A stretch of DNA of 64,000 nucleotides, taken from positions 23,001-87,000 of the forward strand of contig CAYJWF010000003.1 of NCBI GenBank assembly GCA_964373805.1. Direction: 5' to 3'. Below, piece after piece: positions 20,572 to 29,961 of the stretch. The DNA is from an uncultured Planctomycetia bacterium (GTDB taxonomy: Bacteria; Omnitrophota; Gorgyraeia; 1-14-0-20-64-10). The notes under the pieces were generated by a model. That model had not been told where the DNA came from. It did no database searches and saw only the letters and a program-made list of their open reading frames with translations. A program made the position numbers and the translations under genes. Position 1 is the first letter of the stretch; every line of letters starts with the position of its first letter.

Positions 20572-21565
20572 TCTTTCTACCTGGGTTAGACAGATCCACG
20601 CTGGGGCGGGGCTTTCCACCGACGATCTCCTCCCGAATGAGAAACAGGGGCCGGCTCTTGACCTCCTCAAAGATCACGGCCACGTATTCGGAGAGGGCGG
20701 CCAAGACCAGGGATTGGACAAATCCCATCATCCCGATCAAGGCGGTGGTGGTGGCCCACCCGGGCACGGCCAAATGGGTGAAGAGGCGTATCCCGATGGC
20801 GGTTAAGCCGATTAAGAAAAGGATTCCCCCGCACAAGAGAGAGAGGAGGCTGGCGTATCGAAGGGGAGTCTTGGAAAAAGAAATGAGCGCGGTTCGGGCC
20901 AGTCGGAGAAGGCCTCGCGCCCCCACGCGGCTTCGACCGTGGGCCCGGGCCGGTCGGTCGTAGGTGACCACCGATTGGGTACCCCCTACCCAAGCCCTTA
21001 AGCCCGCAAAATAGCGGTCCTTTTCCGGCAGCCGATTCAGGACGTCCACCACCTTCCGGTCCATGAGACAAAAGGTCCCCGCCTGGGCAGGGATGGGGGT
21101 TTCGGTGATCTTCTGAAACAGCCAGTAAAAGAAGGAGGTCCCTGCTTTTTTTACCGGATGACCTTCCCTGCTGGTTCGAAGGCCGTAGACGACATCGGCC
21201 CCGGAGCGCCATTGCGCGTAGAACTTCGGGATCAACTCCGGCGGATCCTGGAGATCTCCATCCAGAACCACGACCCCCTCTGCCTGGGCTAATGCGACCC
21301 CGGCGCTCAGGGCCGCCATGTGTCCGAAGTTCCGAAAGAGACTGACGACCCGGAGTTCTGCAGTTTCTCGGCTGGCGGCCACGAGACGCTGTTGGGTTTC
21401 ATCGCTGCTTCCGTCGTTGACCACGATAAACTCGAAAGTGACCTTAAGCGAACGGCAGCTTTCCACCACCCGCCGGACCAACTCCGAGACGACCTCTTCT
21501 TCGTTGAAGACGGGGACGACCACCGAGAGAACAGGTCGAGGTGAATATTGCTCAATCGACATGAT
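20540..21565 (-). CDS. polyprenyl-phosphate glycosyltransferase (GT2, ArnC/GtrB/DPM1-like) with C-terminal TM helices
   Basis: LSVVVPVFNEEE...FIVVNDGSSD...VVVLDGDLQDPPE, then two C-terminal TM helices. Start assigned to internal ATG (MSIEQYSPRP) at 21565. Confidence 0.75.
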   Translation of the reverse strand: MMSIEQYSPRPVLSVVVPVFNEEEVVSELVRRVVESCRSLKVTFEFIVVNDGSSDETQQRLVAASRETAELRVVSLFRNFGHMAALSAGVALAQAEGVVVLDGDLQDPPELIPKFYAQWRSGADVVYGLRTSREGHPVKKAGTSFFYWLFQKITETPIPAQAGTFCLMDRKVVDVLNRLPEKDRYFAGLRAWVGGTQSVVTYDRPARAHGRSRVGARGLLRLARTALISFSKTPLRYASLLSLLCGGILFLIGLTAIGIRLFTHLAVPGWATTTALIGMMGFVQSLVLAALSEYVAVIFEEVKSRPLFLIREEIVGGKPRPSVDLSNPGRKSEDRGGLLHL

Positions 21566-22325
21566 CGGGCTTTCTTCGGGGGACGATCGTCCCGGATTCT
21601 CGGCGCAGGAGGGCGATGAGACTGACCCCCCTTCGAAATCCATCCGGCCGCTTTCCTTCCAGCGCGTCGATCAAGACCCTGGTTTCTGCTGAGAAGATTC
21701 GGGTGAGCAACCCGTTCAAAATTCGAGGAGGCGTTTTAAAGTCGGTACCGTCTTCTCCAAAGCTTGTTCCCTGCCATCGATTCACCGCGCGAATTCCCCG
21801 AATCAGAGGATAAAGCAAAGCGTTGTAGTAAGACAAGAGGGCGACCGTGATGGGCAATCCCTCCCAAAGTTGTTGGAGGCGTCTCTTATCGTAACGCCGA
21901 TGGTGGCCAAAGGCCACATCGTGTTGGCTCCAAAGTTTGGGATCCGCCGGTACCGTAAGGAGGACGTAACTCGCCGGCGGCATCTTCGAAAGCCACTCGG
22001 AGAAAAACCAAAAGTCGTCATCGATGTGCTCCAATACATCCATGAGGAGAAGAAAATCGGCCTGAGAGGCCGCGCCCCCTAAGTCCATCGGTTGAGATCC
22101 GAAGACAAACGTGACGTGCCGGAACCTTTCTCTGGCTAGCCCAATGGCTTCTTCCGAGGGGTCCATCCCGATGCATGCGTAGTCGTTCACCAAAGAGGCG
22201 ATGTTCCCCCCGGTTCCACAACCGATGTCGACCATGACCTTGTCCGTGGAAGGGGGAACCGTTCGGTGGATGAGCTCGGTGACGATTTTTCGCCGGCCGA
22301 GAAACCACCAATGGCGTTCCTCCAT
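21552..22325 (-). CDS. class I SAM-dependent methyltransferase
   Basis: HWWFLGRR N-terminal motif common in polysaccharide-cluster methyltransferases. VDIGCGTGGN motif I, acidic GMDPS, LLLMDVLEHI. Start at internal ATG (MEERHWWF). Track ORF extends to 22469. Confidence 0.7.
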   Translation of the reverse strand: MEERHWWFLGRRKIVTELIHRTVPPSTDKVMVDIGCGTGGNIASLVNDYACIGMDPSEEAIGLARERFRHVTFVFGSQPMDLGGAASQADFLLLMDVLEHIDDDFWFFSEWLSKMPPASYVLLTVPADPKLWSQHDVAFGHHRRYDKRRLQQLWEGLPITVALLSYYNALLYPLIRGIRAVNRWQGTSFGEDGTDFKTPPRILNGLLTRIFSAETRVLIDALEGKRPDGFRRGVSLIALLRRESGTIVPRRKPDHVD

Positions 22326-22353
22326 CTGAGCATGCAAAGCGAATTGAGGCGTT

Positions 22354-23835
22354 TCATCCGAACTCCACTTTCCGTTGGTAAACCAAAACGGGAAGAGCCT
22401 TCGGATCGGATCGAAACCGGTGATAGCCCGGATCGGGACGATTCTGCCAAGGGATGTCCGGTGCGTCAAGAAGAATGGGTCGGTAGCGCCTCTGGATCTC
22501 CTGATGGTAGGGGCTGTTGAAGAATTCCAGGGAGATCCGGTCTCGTCGAATGACGATCCAATCGGGGTAAGTCTCGCGCGTAAACTCTCCCAGCCGTCGC
22601 AGCGGCTCCACCTTGAGACCCGTATAGAAAATGATCGGCATCTCTTCGTAAGGGGTTTTCACGACCTCCCCCGGCTTAGCGTTGGCCTTGAAGAACTCCA
22701 CCACCCCATCGATGGGTCCCCGATAGGGATGGGTCAGTTCTCCCAAGAACTCGATGAGAAGAGAACGCACCGGGACCTCCGGATGGGAGAGTTGTTTCTT
22801 GACCACTGGAATCTGAGCCGCCAGGATCGAGGAACCGGAATATTGGAGGAGATAAACCCAAGGCAGAAGAAAGATGAGATACCGGAAGTGGCGTTGTTCG
22901 GGAATGAAGATGAGGAAGAGGAAGCCCACTCCCAGCAAGCACCCCACGAGGCTCCAAGCCTGGCGGATACGAACCTCGGAATCTCCAAAGAGAGCTCGAG
23001 GAGAAGTTTTGGTGAGGGCCAAGAGGAGAGTCCAGAAAACAATGGGAACCACGAAGCGGTTCACCTGACGAAAATAAAATTCCAGGTGATGTCGGATTTC
23101 CAGCCCCAAGAAGGCGCGGTGGTGTTGCCCGCTTTGAAGGTAGATCATCCAAGGTACGGTCAGGAAGCCGACCGCCACGAGTAGGGCTAGCCCCCGGTTC
23201 AGTTGGGACGCCAAGGGGCGACTTAAGGCAAAGTGGAGTCCCAGAGCAGCCAGGGTGGCCGCGAATACCCCGTGGTCGGTATGGAACAGGAGAGCCAACG
23301 CCGCCATCAGCTCCAGGCCGGCCCACCTTCTTTCCCGGAGGAACCGCCAGTAGGCCAACGCGCTCCACAAGGAAAAGAAGACTGTGGGGGCGTAATATCG
23401 GCATTGGCGCATATGGAGAAGGAACGGCACGGAGGTTACCAGAAAGAGGCTTACTCCTCGAGCCAAGGAGATGTTTTGAAAGAGCCTTTTTACAACCGCG
23501 TAACTTAAAAGTAAGGCCGCCAGACCAAAGAGGGCGAAGGGAAAACGGGCAGAGACGGTGCCTTCTCCAAACAAAGAGAAGGAGGCCGCCGCCAAAACCA
23601 TCGGCAACCAAGAATGGTAAGTCCAGGCGTACCCTTCCCTCACGGGTAAGGCGGGGTTCACGTAATTTGCACCGTCAAAGGCCTTGGGATATCCGAATTG
23701 GAGGGTATGGCGGCCTAAAAGAGCCGTCTCCGCTTCATCCTGCCAGAGTCGGCCGTTACCTAAGTTGGTTAAAAGGAAAAGAGAACCGATCACGAGTAAC
23801 CCCAGGGCCCAAGGATCCGACTTAAGAAATTTCAT
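22354..23835 (-). CDS. GT-C fold membrane glycosyltransferase, ArnT/PMT-like (GT39/GT83 family)
   Basis: 493 aa, ~11 predicted TM helices. N-terminal loop with DE motif (GRLWQDEAETAL) characteristic of polyprenyl-P-sugar dependent GT-C enzymes. Sits next to the ArnC-like gene. Confidence 0.65.
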   Translation of the reverse strand: MKFLKSDPWALGLLVIGSLFLLTNLGNGRLWQDEAETALLGRHTLQFGYPKAFDGANYVNPALPVREGYAWTYHSWLPMVLAAASFSLFGEGTVSARFPFALFGLAALLLSYAVVKRLFQNISLARGVSLFLVTSVPFLLHMRQCRYYAPTVFFSLWSALAYWRFLRERRWAGLELMAALALLFHTDHGVFAATLAALGLHFALSRPLASQLNRGLALLVAVGFLTVPWMIYLQSGQHHRAFLGLEIRHHLEFYFRQVNRFVVPIVFWTLLLALTKTSPRALFGDSEVRIRQAWSLVGCLLGVGFLFLIFIPEQRHFRYLIFLLPWVYLLQYSGSSILAAQIPVVKKQLSHPEVPVRSLLIEFLGELTHPYRGPIDGVVEFFKANAKPGEVVKTPYEEMPIIFYTGLKVEPLRRLGEFTRETYPDWIVIRRDRISLEFFNSPYHQEIQRRYRPILLDAPDIPWQNRPDPGYHRFRSDPKALPVLVYQRKVEFG

Positions 23836-24913
23836 CGGCCCTTTCCTTCCCGAAAAGTTGATCGATGGTTTCTAGGACCTCTGCCACGGTTAACCCCTTG
23901 AGACAAGCGTTGTCCCAAGGGCACGGGGGGAATCGGAATCCCTGATAGCAAGGTCGACAGGCGAGACCTTTGGCCACGGTGCGATGACCGTTTCCCTGGG
24001 GCCCGTAGACCGTGCCGTCCACGGGCCCAAAGATCGTTACAGTCTTCGTTCCCACCGATGCGGCCAGATGCATGGGACCGCTGTCGTTGCCGATGACCAG
24101 AGCGCATCGTTTGAGAAGTCCAGCCAGGAGCAGGAGGGAGGGAACCTGGACCGCGAGGATCGCCGCAGAAGGCGAGAGGGTATGGGCAATGGCTTGACAG
24201 AGGAAGGCCTCTTCGGAATCTCCCAGCAGTAGGATCCGAGCCCGGTAGCGTTTGGCCACATGGGCGGCCACCTGAGCGAAGCGCTCGGCCGGCCACTGCT
24301 TGAAAACCGCCTGTGGCCCCCAACTGGCTCCTCCTCCCGGGACGATGCCGACGATGGAATCGCGGTCGCCGACGTCTTGAGATTTTAGGTACTCGGCCGC
24401 TTCCTCCCGGACCGTTTCTGGAAGGTCAAACGAATGACGGATCGAAACCCGCGGCCGGATTCCAAGAGGCGTCAAAAGCTCCAGATAATGGTGGGCCACC
24501 GGTTGGTGGTGGAATCCGTTCAGGGGAAAGCGGTCGGTGAGAAATTTCCCCCGTCCGTGGAAGTCAAAACCTATCCTCTTGGGGATCCCGGCCAGCCGGC
24601 CGGCCAACCCGTACTGCCATCCGAGCGAAAGGTCCACCAACACGTCGAAGGGCTGCTGTCGGATCGTATCGATGAGTTTCCCCAAATAGCGTAATCCCTC
24701 TAAGAGAGATTCACGCCAAAAGGCCCGAAATGTATCCTTTTCAAAAACGTAAACGCGATCGACGAACGGCCAGCCTTCCACCAGCTCGCTGGTTCGTCGG
24801 TTACAGAGAAACCCCAGGAAACCGTGGGAATCAAAATCCCGTAAGGCGTGAAGGAGGGGCAGCGTGGCTAGGACATCTCCAATTCCGAAGGGATTCGCGA
24901 TCAGGATTCGCAT
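23822..24913 (-). CDS. GT9 family glycosyltransferase (LPS heptosyltransferase-like)
   Basis: MRILIANPFGIGDVLATLPLL N-terminus and C-terminal GNDSGPMHLAA motif. Confidence 0.8.
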   Translation of the reverse strand: MRILIANPFGIGDVLATLPLLHALRDFDSHGFLGFLCNRRTSELVEGWPFVDRVYVFEKDTFRAFWRESLLEGLRYLGKLIDTIRQQPFDVLVDLSLGWQYGLAGRLAGIPKRIGFDFHGRGKFLTDRFPLNGFHHQPVAHHYLELLTPLGIRPRVSIRHSFDLPETVREEAAEYLKSQDVGDRDSIVGIVPGGGASWGPQAVFKQWPAERFAQVAAHVAKRYRARILLLGDSEEAFLCQAIAHTLSPSAAILAVQVPSLLLLAGLLKRCALVIGNDSGPMHLAASVGTKTVTIFGPVDGTVYGPQGNGHRTVAKGLACRPCYQGFRFPPCPWDNACLKGLTVAEVLETIDQLFGKERADEIS

Positions 24914-24932
24914 AAACTTTCCGAATGGAGGG

Positions 24933-25922
24933 CTATGTTTTTCCGGCCAGGGCGACGATGTTGGGAGCCAAAGAGCCGATGGACCCCATTCGGAGCCACC
25001 GCTCAGGCTTCGCTAACCAGTAGAAGAGGGAACGCCCCAGATGCCGCTTCCAGTCCATAGTCCAAGGAGATGGATACTGGTAATACTGCCCGACGTACTG
25101 ATGCCAGACCGGTGTCTGGATCGGTTTTCCTATTGTTATTCGAACTATGGAAAAACCGGCTCGCTCCAGCATGCGGACTAATGTCTTATCGGTGTAATGG
25201 ACAACGTGTTCATAAGAATCCCAGATACCCTGGGTTGGCCTTTTTCCCATGAGCTCGAGGGCCCTTTGTTTATAGAGGTTCCAGCGGCCGTTCGGCACCT
25301 TAACATAGAGGATGCCATCGTCCGCCAAGAATCGGTGGACGTCCTTTAAGAAGGGTAATGGCTCACCGATGTGTTCAAGGACATCTGAGAGCGCGATGAC
25401 GTCGAATGCCCGTTGTTCACATTCGGGAAGCTCATGGAGGAAACAGTTGTAGACGGTAAGGCCAAAATGCTGGACGGCCAGCTTTGAGATGGAGGGTGAT
25501 GGCTCAACGCCAACAGCGCTCCAGCCTTCTCTCCTAACGTGTCGAAGGAGCATCCCCATGTTGCAACCAACATCTAGAAATCTGCCGGAGGGTTTATAGC
25601 GTTTAATGAGCTCTAGCTCTTCGATATAGTTGGGGTCTCGATGGTGAGCAGCTTTTTCCTCGAATATAAGACGGGCCTCGGCGTAATACAGGTCGGGATC
25701 TCCCCAGTAGATTTTCTCAGGCGCCTTGATTCTCGGACATGCATAGAGGAGCGAACACGACAGACATCTGGAAATACCAATAGAACCATGCTCGGTATAA
25801 ATTTGCTTCCGGCGCTCACTCCTACAGAAGGGACACGGGACGGTCACCACTTCCTCGGGTGAATAATGATCCTTCTGGGTTCCGCCCCTGACGTAAGCCT
25901 GGGATTCTTCAATGAGTGGCAT
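24933..25922 (-). CDS. SAM-dependent methyltransferase with N-terminal Cys4 zinc-ribbon
   Basis: CPFCRS...CLSCSLLY zinc ribbon, then LDVGCNMGMLL motif I and DVIALSDVLEHI. Confidence 0.7.
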   Translation of the reverse strand: MPLIEESQAYVRGGTQKDHYSPEEVVTVPCPFCRSERRKQIYTEHGSIGISRCLSCSLLYACPRIKAPEKIYWGDPDLYYAEARLIFEEKAAHHRDPNYIEELELIKRYKPSGRFLDVGCNMGMLLRHVRREGWSAVGVEPSPSISKLAVQHFGLTVYNCFLHELPECEQRAFDVIALSDVLEHIGEPLPFLKDVHRFLADDGILYVKVPNGRWNLYKQRALELMGKRPTQGIWDSYEHVVHYTDKTLVRMLERAGFSIVRITIGKPIQTPVWHQYVGQYYQYPSPWTMDWKRHLGRSLFYWLAKPERWLRMGSIGSLAPNIVALAGKT

Positions 25923-26915
25923 TCAGCCGGTCCTCCGATGGCCTTGGATGGATAGGCTCTCCTGGACGGCAGCAGTCACTTCTTCAGGCACGGGGGAAAG
26001 AAGAAGATGGTGCCCTTCCCCTAGAGGACGCCATCGGGCAAGCAAAGATCCATGGTTGCACGGAGCGACCACAACGGTTGGGGTTCCGACGGCTGCTGCA
26101 ACGTGAACCGGCCCACTATCGTTTGATACCAGTACGGCGCATTGTTTCAAAAGAGCCGGAAGAATCCCTAGCGGGACTCGGCCGACCAGGTTTATATAAC
26201 CGGTAGAAAACATGGGTTTCGCTTCATCCATGGAGTGGATGGATTCTGGTCCTCCTATGACGACGATGGTATGCCCGCTTTTCTGAAGCAGACGGGTGAC
26301 TTCTCCAAAGGATTCCAGCGGCCAGCTTTTTTGAGGGTTGCTTGTCCAGGGATGGATGGCAATGGGGTGATGGCCTAGGGCAATACCACAAGCATTCATG
26401 AGCTGTTGGGCTTGACTTTCTTTCTCTGGATCGGTGGGTAGGTGTAAGGTCGATGGGGATGCCGGGATTCCTAAGAGGCGAACCAGTTCGAGATTATAGT
26501 TTACCTCATGGTGGTTTCTGAACACCTTGGTATCTGGAATGGACAAGGTCAGTAGAACTCCTAGTTTTCGATGGTAGCCAATCCGGGTGGGAATGCCGGC
26601 GAGAAAAGCGGCAACGTGAAATAGTTTGGTGGGATTAAGTATAATGGCACTATCGAACCTTTCCTTTCGCAGACGCCTTGCAACTCGAAAAGCTCCAACC
26701 CAACCCTTCCCTTCCTCAGGGGAACACGTCAGGATTCGATCGACGTCCGGATGCCCTTCGATGAGCGGCTCCAGGCCTTGCTGAACCAAGAGGGTGATTT
26801 GAGCTTTGGGGAAAGCCTCACGAGCAGCATGGACGGCCGGCAGACTCAAGAGCAATTCCCCCATCCGATCTGTCCGTACGAGCAGGATTCGTGATAGCGT
26901 TCGAGGTTCTTTCAT
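25923..26915 (-). CDS. GT9 family glycosyltransferase (LPS heptosyltransferase-like)
   Basis: ILLVRTDRMGELLLSLPAV N-terminus and SNDSGPVHVAAA motif. Confidence 0.8.
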   Translation of the reverse strand: MKEPRTLSRILLVRTDRMGELLLSLPAVHAAREAFPKAQITLLVQQGLEPLIEGHPDVDRILTCSPEEGKGWVGAFRVARRLRKERFDSAIILNPTKLFHVAAFLAGIPTRIGYHRKLGVLLTLSIPDTKVFRNHHEVNYNLELVRLLGIPASPSTLHLPTDPEKESQAQQLMNACGIALGHHPIAIHPWTSNPQKSWPLESFGEVTRLLQKSGHTIVVIGGPESIHSMDEAKPMFSTGYINLVGRVPLGILPALLKQCAVLVSNDSGPVHVAAAVGTPTVVVAPCNHGSLLARWRPLGEGHHLLLSPVPEEVTAAVQESLSIQGHRRTG

Positions 26916-26930
26916 GGAGTCCGCATGTTT

Positions 26931-28190
26931 TCACTCCTCCCTTATCTCTTCGGAACGTAAGATCTGAAGGCTCAAGCCAACCGCTAAGCCGGAGAGAACC
27001 CAGAAGAGCGTTGCTTGTCTTAAGGCGTAAAGGTTGGTATCAAAGATAGACTGGACCAGAAATGCGGCTATTCCCGCAACGAGCCCCAGGAGAAATAATC
27101 TCAAGTCCGGTGGAGCAGGTTTTCGAAGGGCCTTATTCCACACCATAAAAAGTGAACCCAAAAATAGGAGAAAACTTATTAAGCCGAGCAACCCCGTTTC
27201 TGCAGTAATCTGGAGAAGACAGTTATGGGCATAGGCAGGTCCGTTATTCGGAACATCGGCATAGTCGAGGTAATTTGCCATAAAGGTATTCAGTCCATGC
27301 CCAAGGAATGGCCTGTCCTGGATCATACGCCATCCCACTTTCCACATAACGTGCCTTTCTTGTAGACCGGCGTCTGAGAAAGCCAACATCTCGAAGAATT
27401 GGCCCTTTCTGAAGAATAAGACGGCTGAGCTCATGGCTAACGCAACACTGAGGCCGATTCCTACCATTCTTTTTCGTGAATAGATCAACAGAAGAGAAAG
27501 TCCAGCCCACAGACCAATCAGGGCTCCCCTCGAAAGAGTCCAGGCAAGGCATCCCAGAATAAGAAGCCCGCCTAGCCACCCGCTAATCCGAGTCTGTTTG
27601 GGACGACTCAGCAGATGAGCAAGCATCACAAGACCCACGACCATCAGAAAGGTGGCGAGGTCATTCGGGTTCTCATAGGGTCCTACCATTCGAGAATAGA
27701 CCAGCGCTCTATCCCGGATCGGGTCGCGTCCGGCGACCTGCTGTATCACCGCGTAGATCCCAACTAACCAGGCAGCGCCGAGTAAGGCCCGAAGGCTACG
27801 AGGAGCTACTGTAGGGTGGTCGGCTATCTCCATCACAATGACAAAAAATAGAAGATACTCGGCTGTTTTTCGAACAAGAGCTTGGATGCTGAGGAAGGGA
27901 TAGGTGCTGTAAGATACCGACCAGATGCAGACGCCCAGATAGGCGAACAGAGTGAATAAGATGGCCTGATTCGGCACGGATTTTACTAGGAGGGGCTCTT
28001 TCCTCCCAGGCCAATGCCATCCGATTAACCATGACACGAGCAGGAGCGGAAAGAGGATCTCGATCCCTGCCTTGGAGAACGGTATAACCCATAGAAGGCT
28101 GTAGAGAAGCCCACGAGCTATCCTTTGCATCCGGGGGGGTAAACCGTAGTTATTAACTTTCCCTCTGGGATCTAAATTCTCCCTGCGCAA
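26931..28190 (-). CDS. O-antigen ligase family protein (WaaL/Wzy_C domain)
   Basis: ~10 TM helices. Conserved periplasmic loop AHNCLLQITAETGLLGL and the upstream SRGAL motif. Alternative start at internal ATG ~28130. Confidence 0.7.
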   Translation of the reverse strand: MRRENLDPRGKVNNYGLPPRMQRIARGLLYSLLWVIPFSKAGIEILFPLLLVSWLIGWHWPGRKEPLLVKSVPNQAILFTLFAYLGVCIWSVSYSTYPFLSIQALVRKTAEYLLFFVIVMEIADHPTVAPRSLRALLGAAWLVGIYAVIQQVAGRDPIRDRALVYSRMVGPYENPNDLATFLMVVGLVMLAHLLSRPKQTRISGWLGGLLILGCLAWTLSRGALIGLWAGLSLLLIYSRKRMVGIGLSVALAMSSAVLFFRKGQFFEMLAFSDAGLQERHVMWKVGWRMIQDRPFLGHGLNTFMANYLDYADVPNNGPAYAHNCLLQITAETGLLGLISFLLFLGSLFMVWNKALRKPAPPDLRLFLLGLVAGIAAFLVQSIFDTNLYALRQATLFWVLSGLAVGLSLQILRSEEIREE

Positions 28191-29961
28191 GAGTACCGAC
28201 CACCTTCCAACTCAGGCCGTTTTCCTCACAATAGCCCTGAATTTGTTGAACAAGATCTTCGGGTGGTTGGCGTATGGCGATGAGAACTTCCCGAACGCCG
28301 AATTCCTGTACGACCTTCCCTAACCCCTGACGAGATCCGATGATCCGAATCCCGTGTATGCTGTCTCCCTGCTTGGTGAGATCGTCATCCAAGAAGCCAA
28401 CCACCCGATACTTTCCTGAACCGGCTAACTTCAATTGTTGAAGCAGGAGTTCCCCGGTGTCACCGGCTCCGACAATAAGAACGGGAATACCCCCTTGAAT
28501 GGAAGAGGTGATCCATTCGTTTAAGAGCGGTTCTATGATTCTCGCCCCGCTGACCGCTACGAACAGGAGAAGGCCATCAATAACAAAAACAGCTCGGGAG
28601 TACCCCTCAAAGCGCCACAGGTACAGCACGACGAGGGCCGAAAAAACGGACCCAACGATAACCGCTCGAAGTATGTTGGTCAGATCGGGTAGGCTGATGT
28701 ATCGCCACACTCCTCGATAAAGCCCGCACGAGAAGAAGCAGATCATCTTTACGGCAATGATCCAGGGAAGGGATCTTAAGATGAGAATTTCCAGATCCGG
28801 AGTGAGGGTCGCTTCGAACCGCAGCGCATGGGCGATGACATAAGAGGCGCAGATCAGTGCAAAATCCACGCAGACTTCCACGAGTCGCCGTTTATGCATC
28901 AGCATCGTTTCGATAAAGGCAACGCGTGATCCCATTACGGACGAAGAAACCCGTGTGTAAACGCGGACCTTGGCGAAGTAAGCTCCGATGACGAAGAGAA
29001 GTCCCGTGGCCAATATGGAGATGCCCGTTAGGGCCATGGGCTTTTGTTTGGATAACAGAATACTTATCGCCCCGCAGGAGGCGGTAAAGGCATAGAGGGC
29101 GAAAACAACCTGACGGGGGGTCAACCCAAGAATTCCTAACCGGTGGGAGAGGTGATCTGTGCCTCCTTGGAATGGATGCCGACCATTGAGAAGTCTTTGG
29201 ATGGTCACAAAACAGGTGTCGAAGATCGGCACCGCCAGCAAAAAGGTAGGCAGGGCTAAGATTCCCGCCAGGCGTGCTGGCTGGTGCCAGGTGCCCATCA
29301 AGGCGAGCGTCCCCAGACCCAGCCCTAAAACCTGGCTGCCCGTATCTCCCATGAAGATCTTTGCTGGCGGAAGGTTGTATCGAAGAAATCCTAATGTCGC
29401 TCCGCCCAAACTCGCAGAGATAAGGGCAACCAACCACTGTTGGGTCTCAAGGGCATGCCAGGCACAAAAGCTTGCCGCAATGACGCCAATCCCACCGGAA
29501 AGTCCATCCATGTTGTCCATCAGGTTAAAGGCGTTCATGACAAGAACAAGCCATCCGATGGTCAACGGAATGGTAAGCCATGGGATCACGATGTCGGCTT
29601 GGATGCCTGAGACAACGACGAGACACCCTGAAAGAATCTGAACAATCAGTTTCGAATAAGGATGGAGCCTCCGGAGATCGTCTACAAGTCCAGCAAGCAA
29701 CATGAGCACCCCTCCGAGCATCAGGCCGATCATCCGGGGATCCTTGTGGATTGCCCATCCAACGGCTGCCAAAAAGCCCAAGGCGATTGGAAGGCCGCCG
29801 AGACGGGCAACGACTCGGCGACCCCATCGATCTTGAGAGGGACGAGAAACACATCCGATGGAGATGGCAACTGTCCGTACCAAAGGTGTCAGGAGGATGG
29901 AAAAGAGGTAGGCTCCACTGCCTATCAACAAGATCTGTAACAGCGATGCGGCCAGCGTCAT
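28153..29961 (-). CDS. polyprenyl-phosphate N-acetylhexosamine-1-phosphate transferase (GT4 MraY/WecA family) fused to a C-terminal TM + Rossmann (CoA-binding-like) module
   Basis: N-terminal ~350 aa carry the WecA/MraY motifs DDLRRL, NAFNLMDNMDGL and IFMGDTGS. C-terminal ~250 aa carry 4 TM helices then IPVLIVGAGDTGELLLQQLK...YRVVGFLDDD. That resembles the N-terminal domain of WbaP/CapD-type enzymes but lacks their catalytic domain. Confidence 0.7.
   Translation of the reverse strand: MTLAASLLQILLIGSGAYLFSILLTPLVRTVAISIGCVSRPSQDRWGRRVVARLGGLPIALGFLAAVGWAIHKDPRMIGLMLGGVLMLLAGLVDDLRRLHPYSKLIVQILSGCLVVVSGIQADIVIPWLTIPLTIGWLVLVMNAFNLMDNMDGLSGGIGVIAASFCAWHALETQQWLVALISASLGGATLGFLRYNLPPAKIFMGDTGSQVLGLGLGTLALMGTWHQPARLAGILALPTFLLAVPIFDTCFVTIQRLLNGRHPFQGGTDHLSHRLGILGLTPRQVVFALYAFTASCGAISILLSKQKPMALTGISILATGLLFVIGAYFAKVRVYTRVSSSVMGSRVAFIETMLMHKRRLVEVCVDFALICASYVIAHALRFEATLTPDLEILILRSLPWIIAVKMICFFSCGLYRGVWRYISLPDLTNILRAVIVGSVFSALVVLYLWRFEGYSRAVFVIDGLLLFVAVSGARIIEPLLNEWITSSIQGGIPVLIVGAGDTGELLLQQLKLAGSGKYRVVGFLDDDLTKQGDSIHGIRIIGSRQGLGKVVQEFGVREVLIAIRQPPEDLVQQIQGYCEENGLSWKVVGTLAQGEFRSQRES

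Noticed and set aside
22676-23611. Minus-strand ORF of 311 aa in an alternative frame, and plus-strand ORF 22375..23184
   Set aside because: Both overlap the ArnT-like GT-C gene. Pro/Gly/Arg-rich translations. The GT-C frame has coherent TM topology.
28892-29437. Minus-strand alternative-frame ORFs of 181 aa and 168 aa (29525..30031), and plus-strand 29159..29641
   Set aside because: Embedded in the WecA-like fusion gene. No motifs. Composition consistent with frame artefacts.
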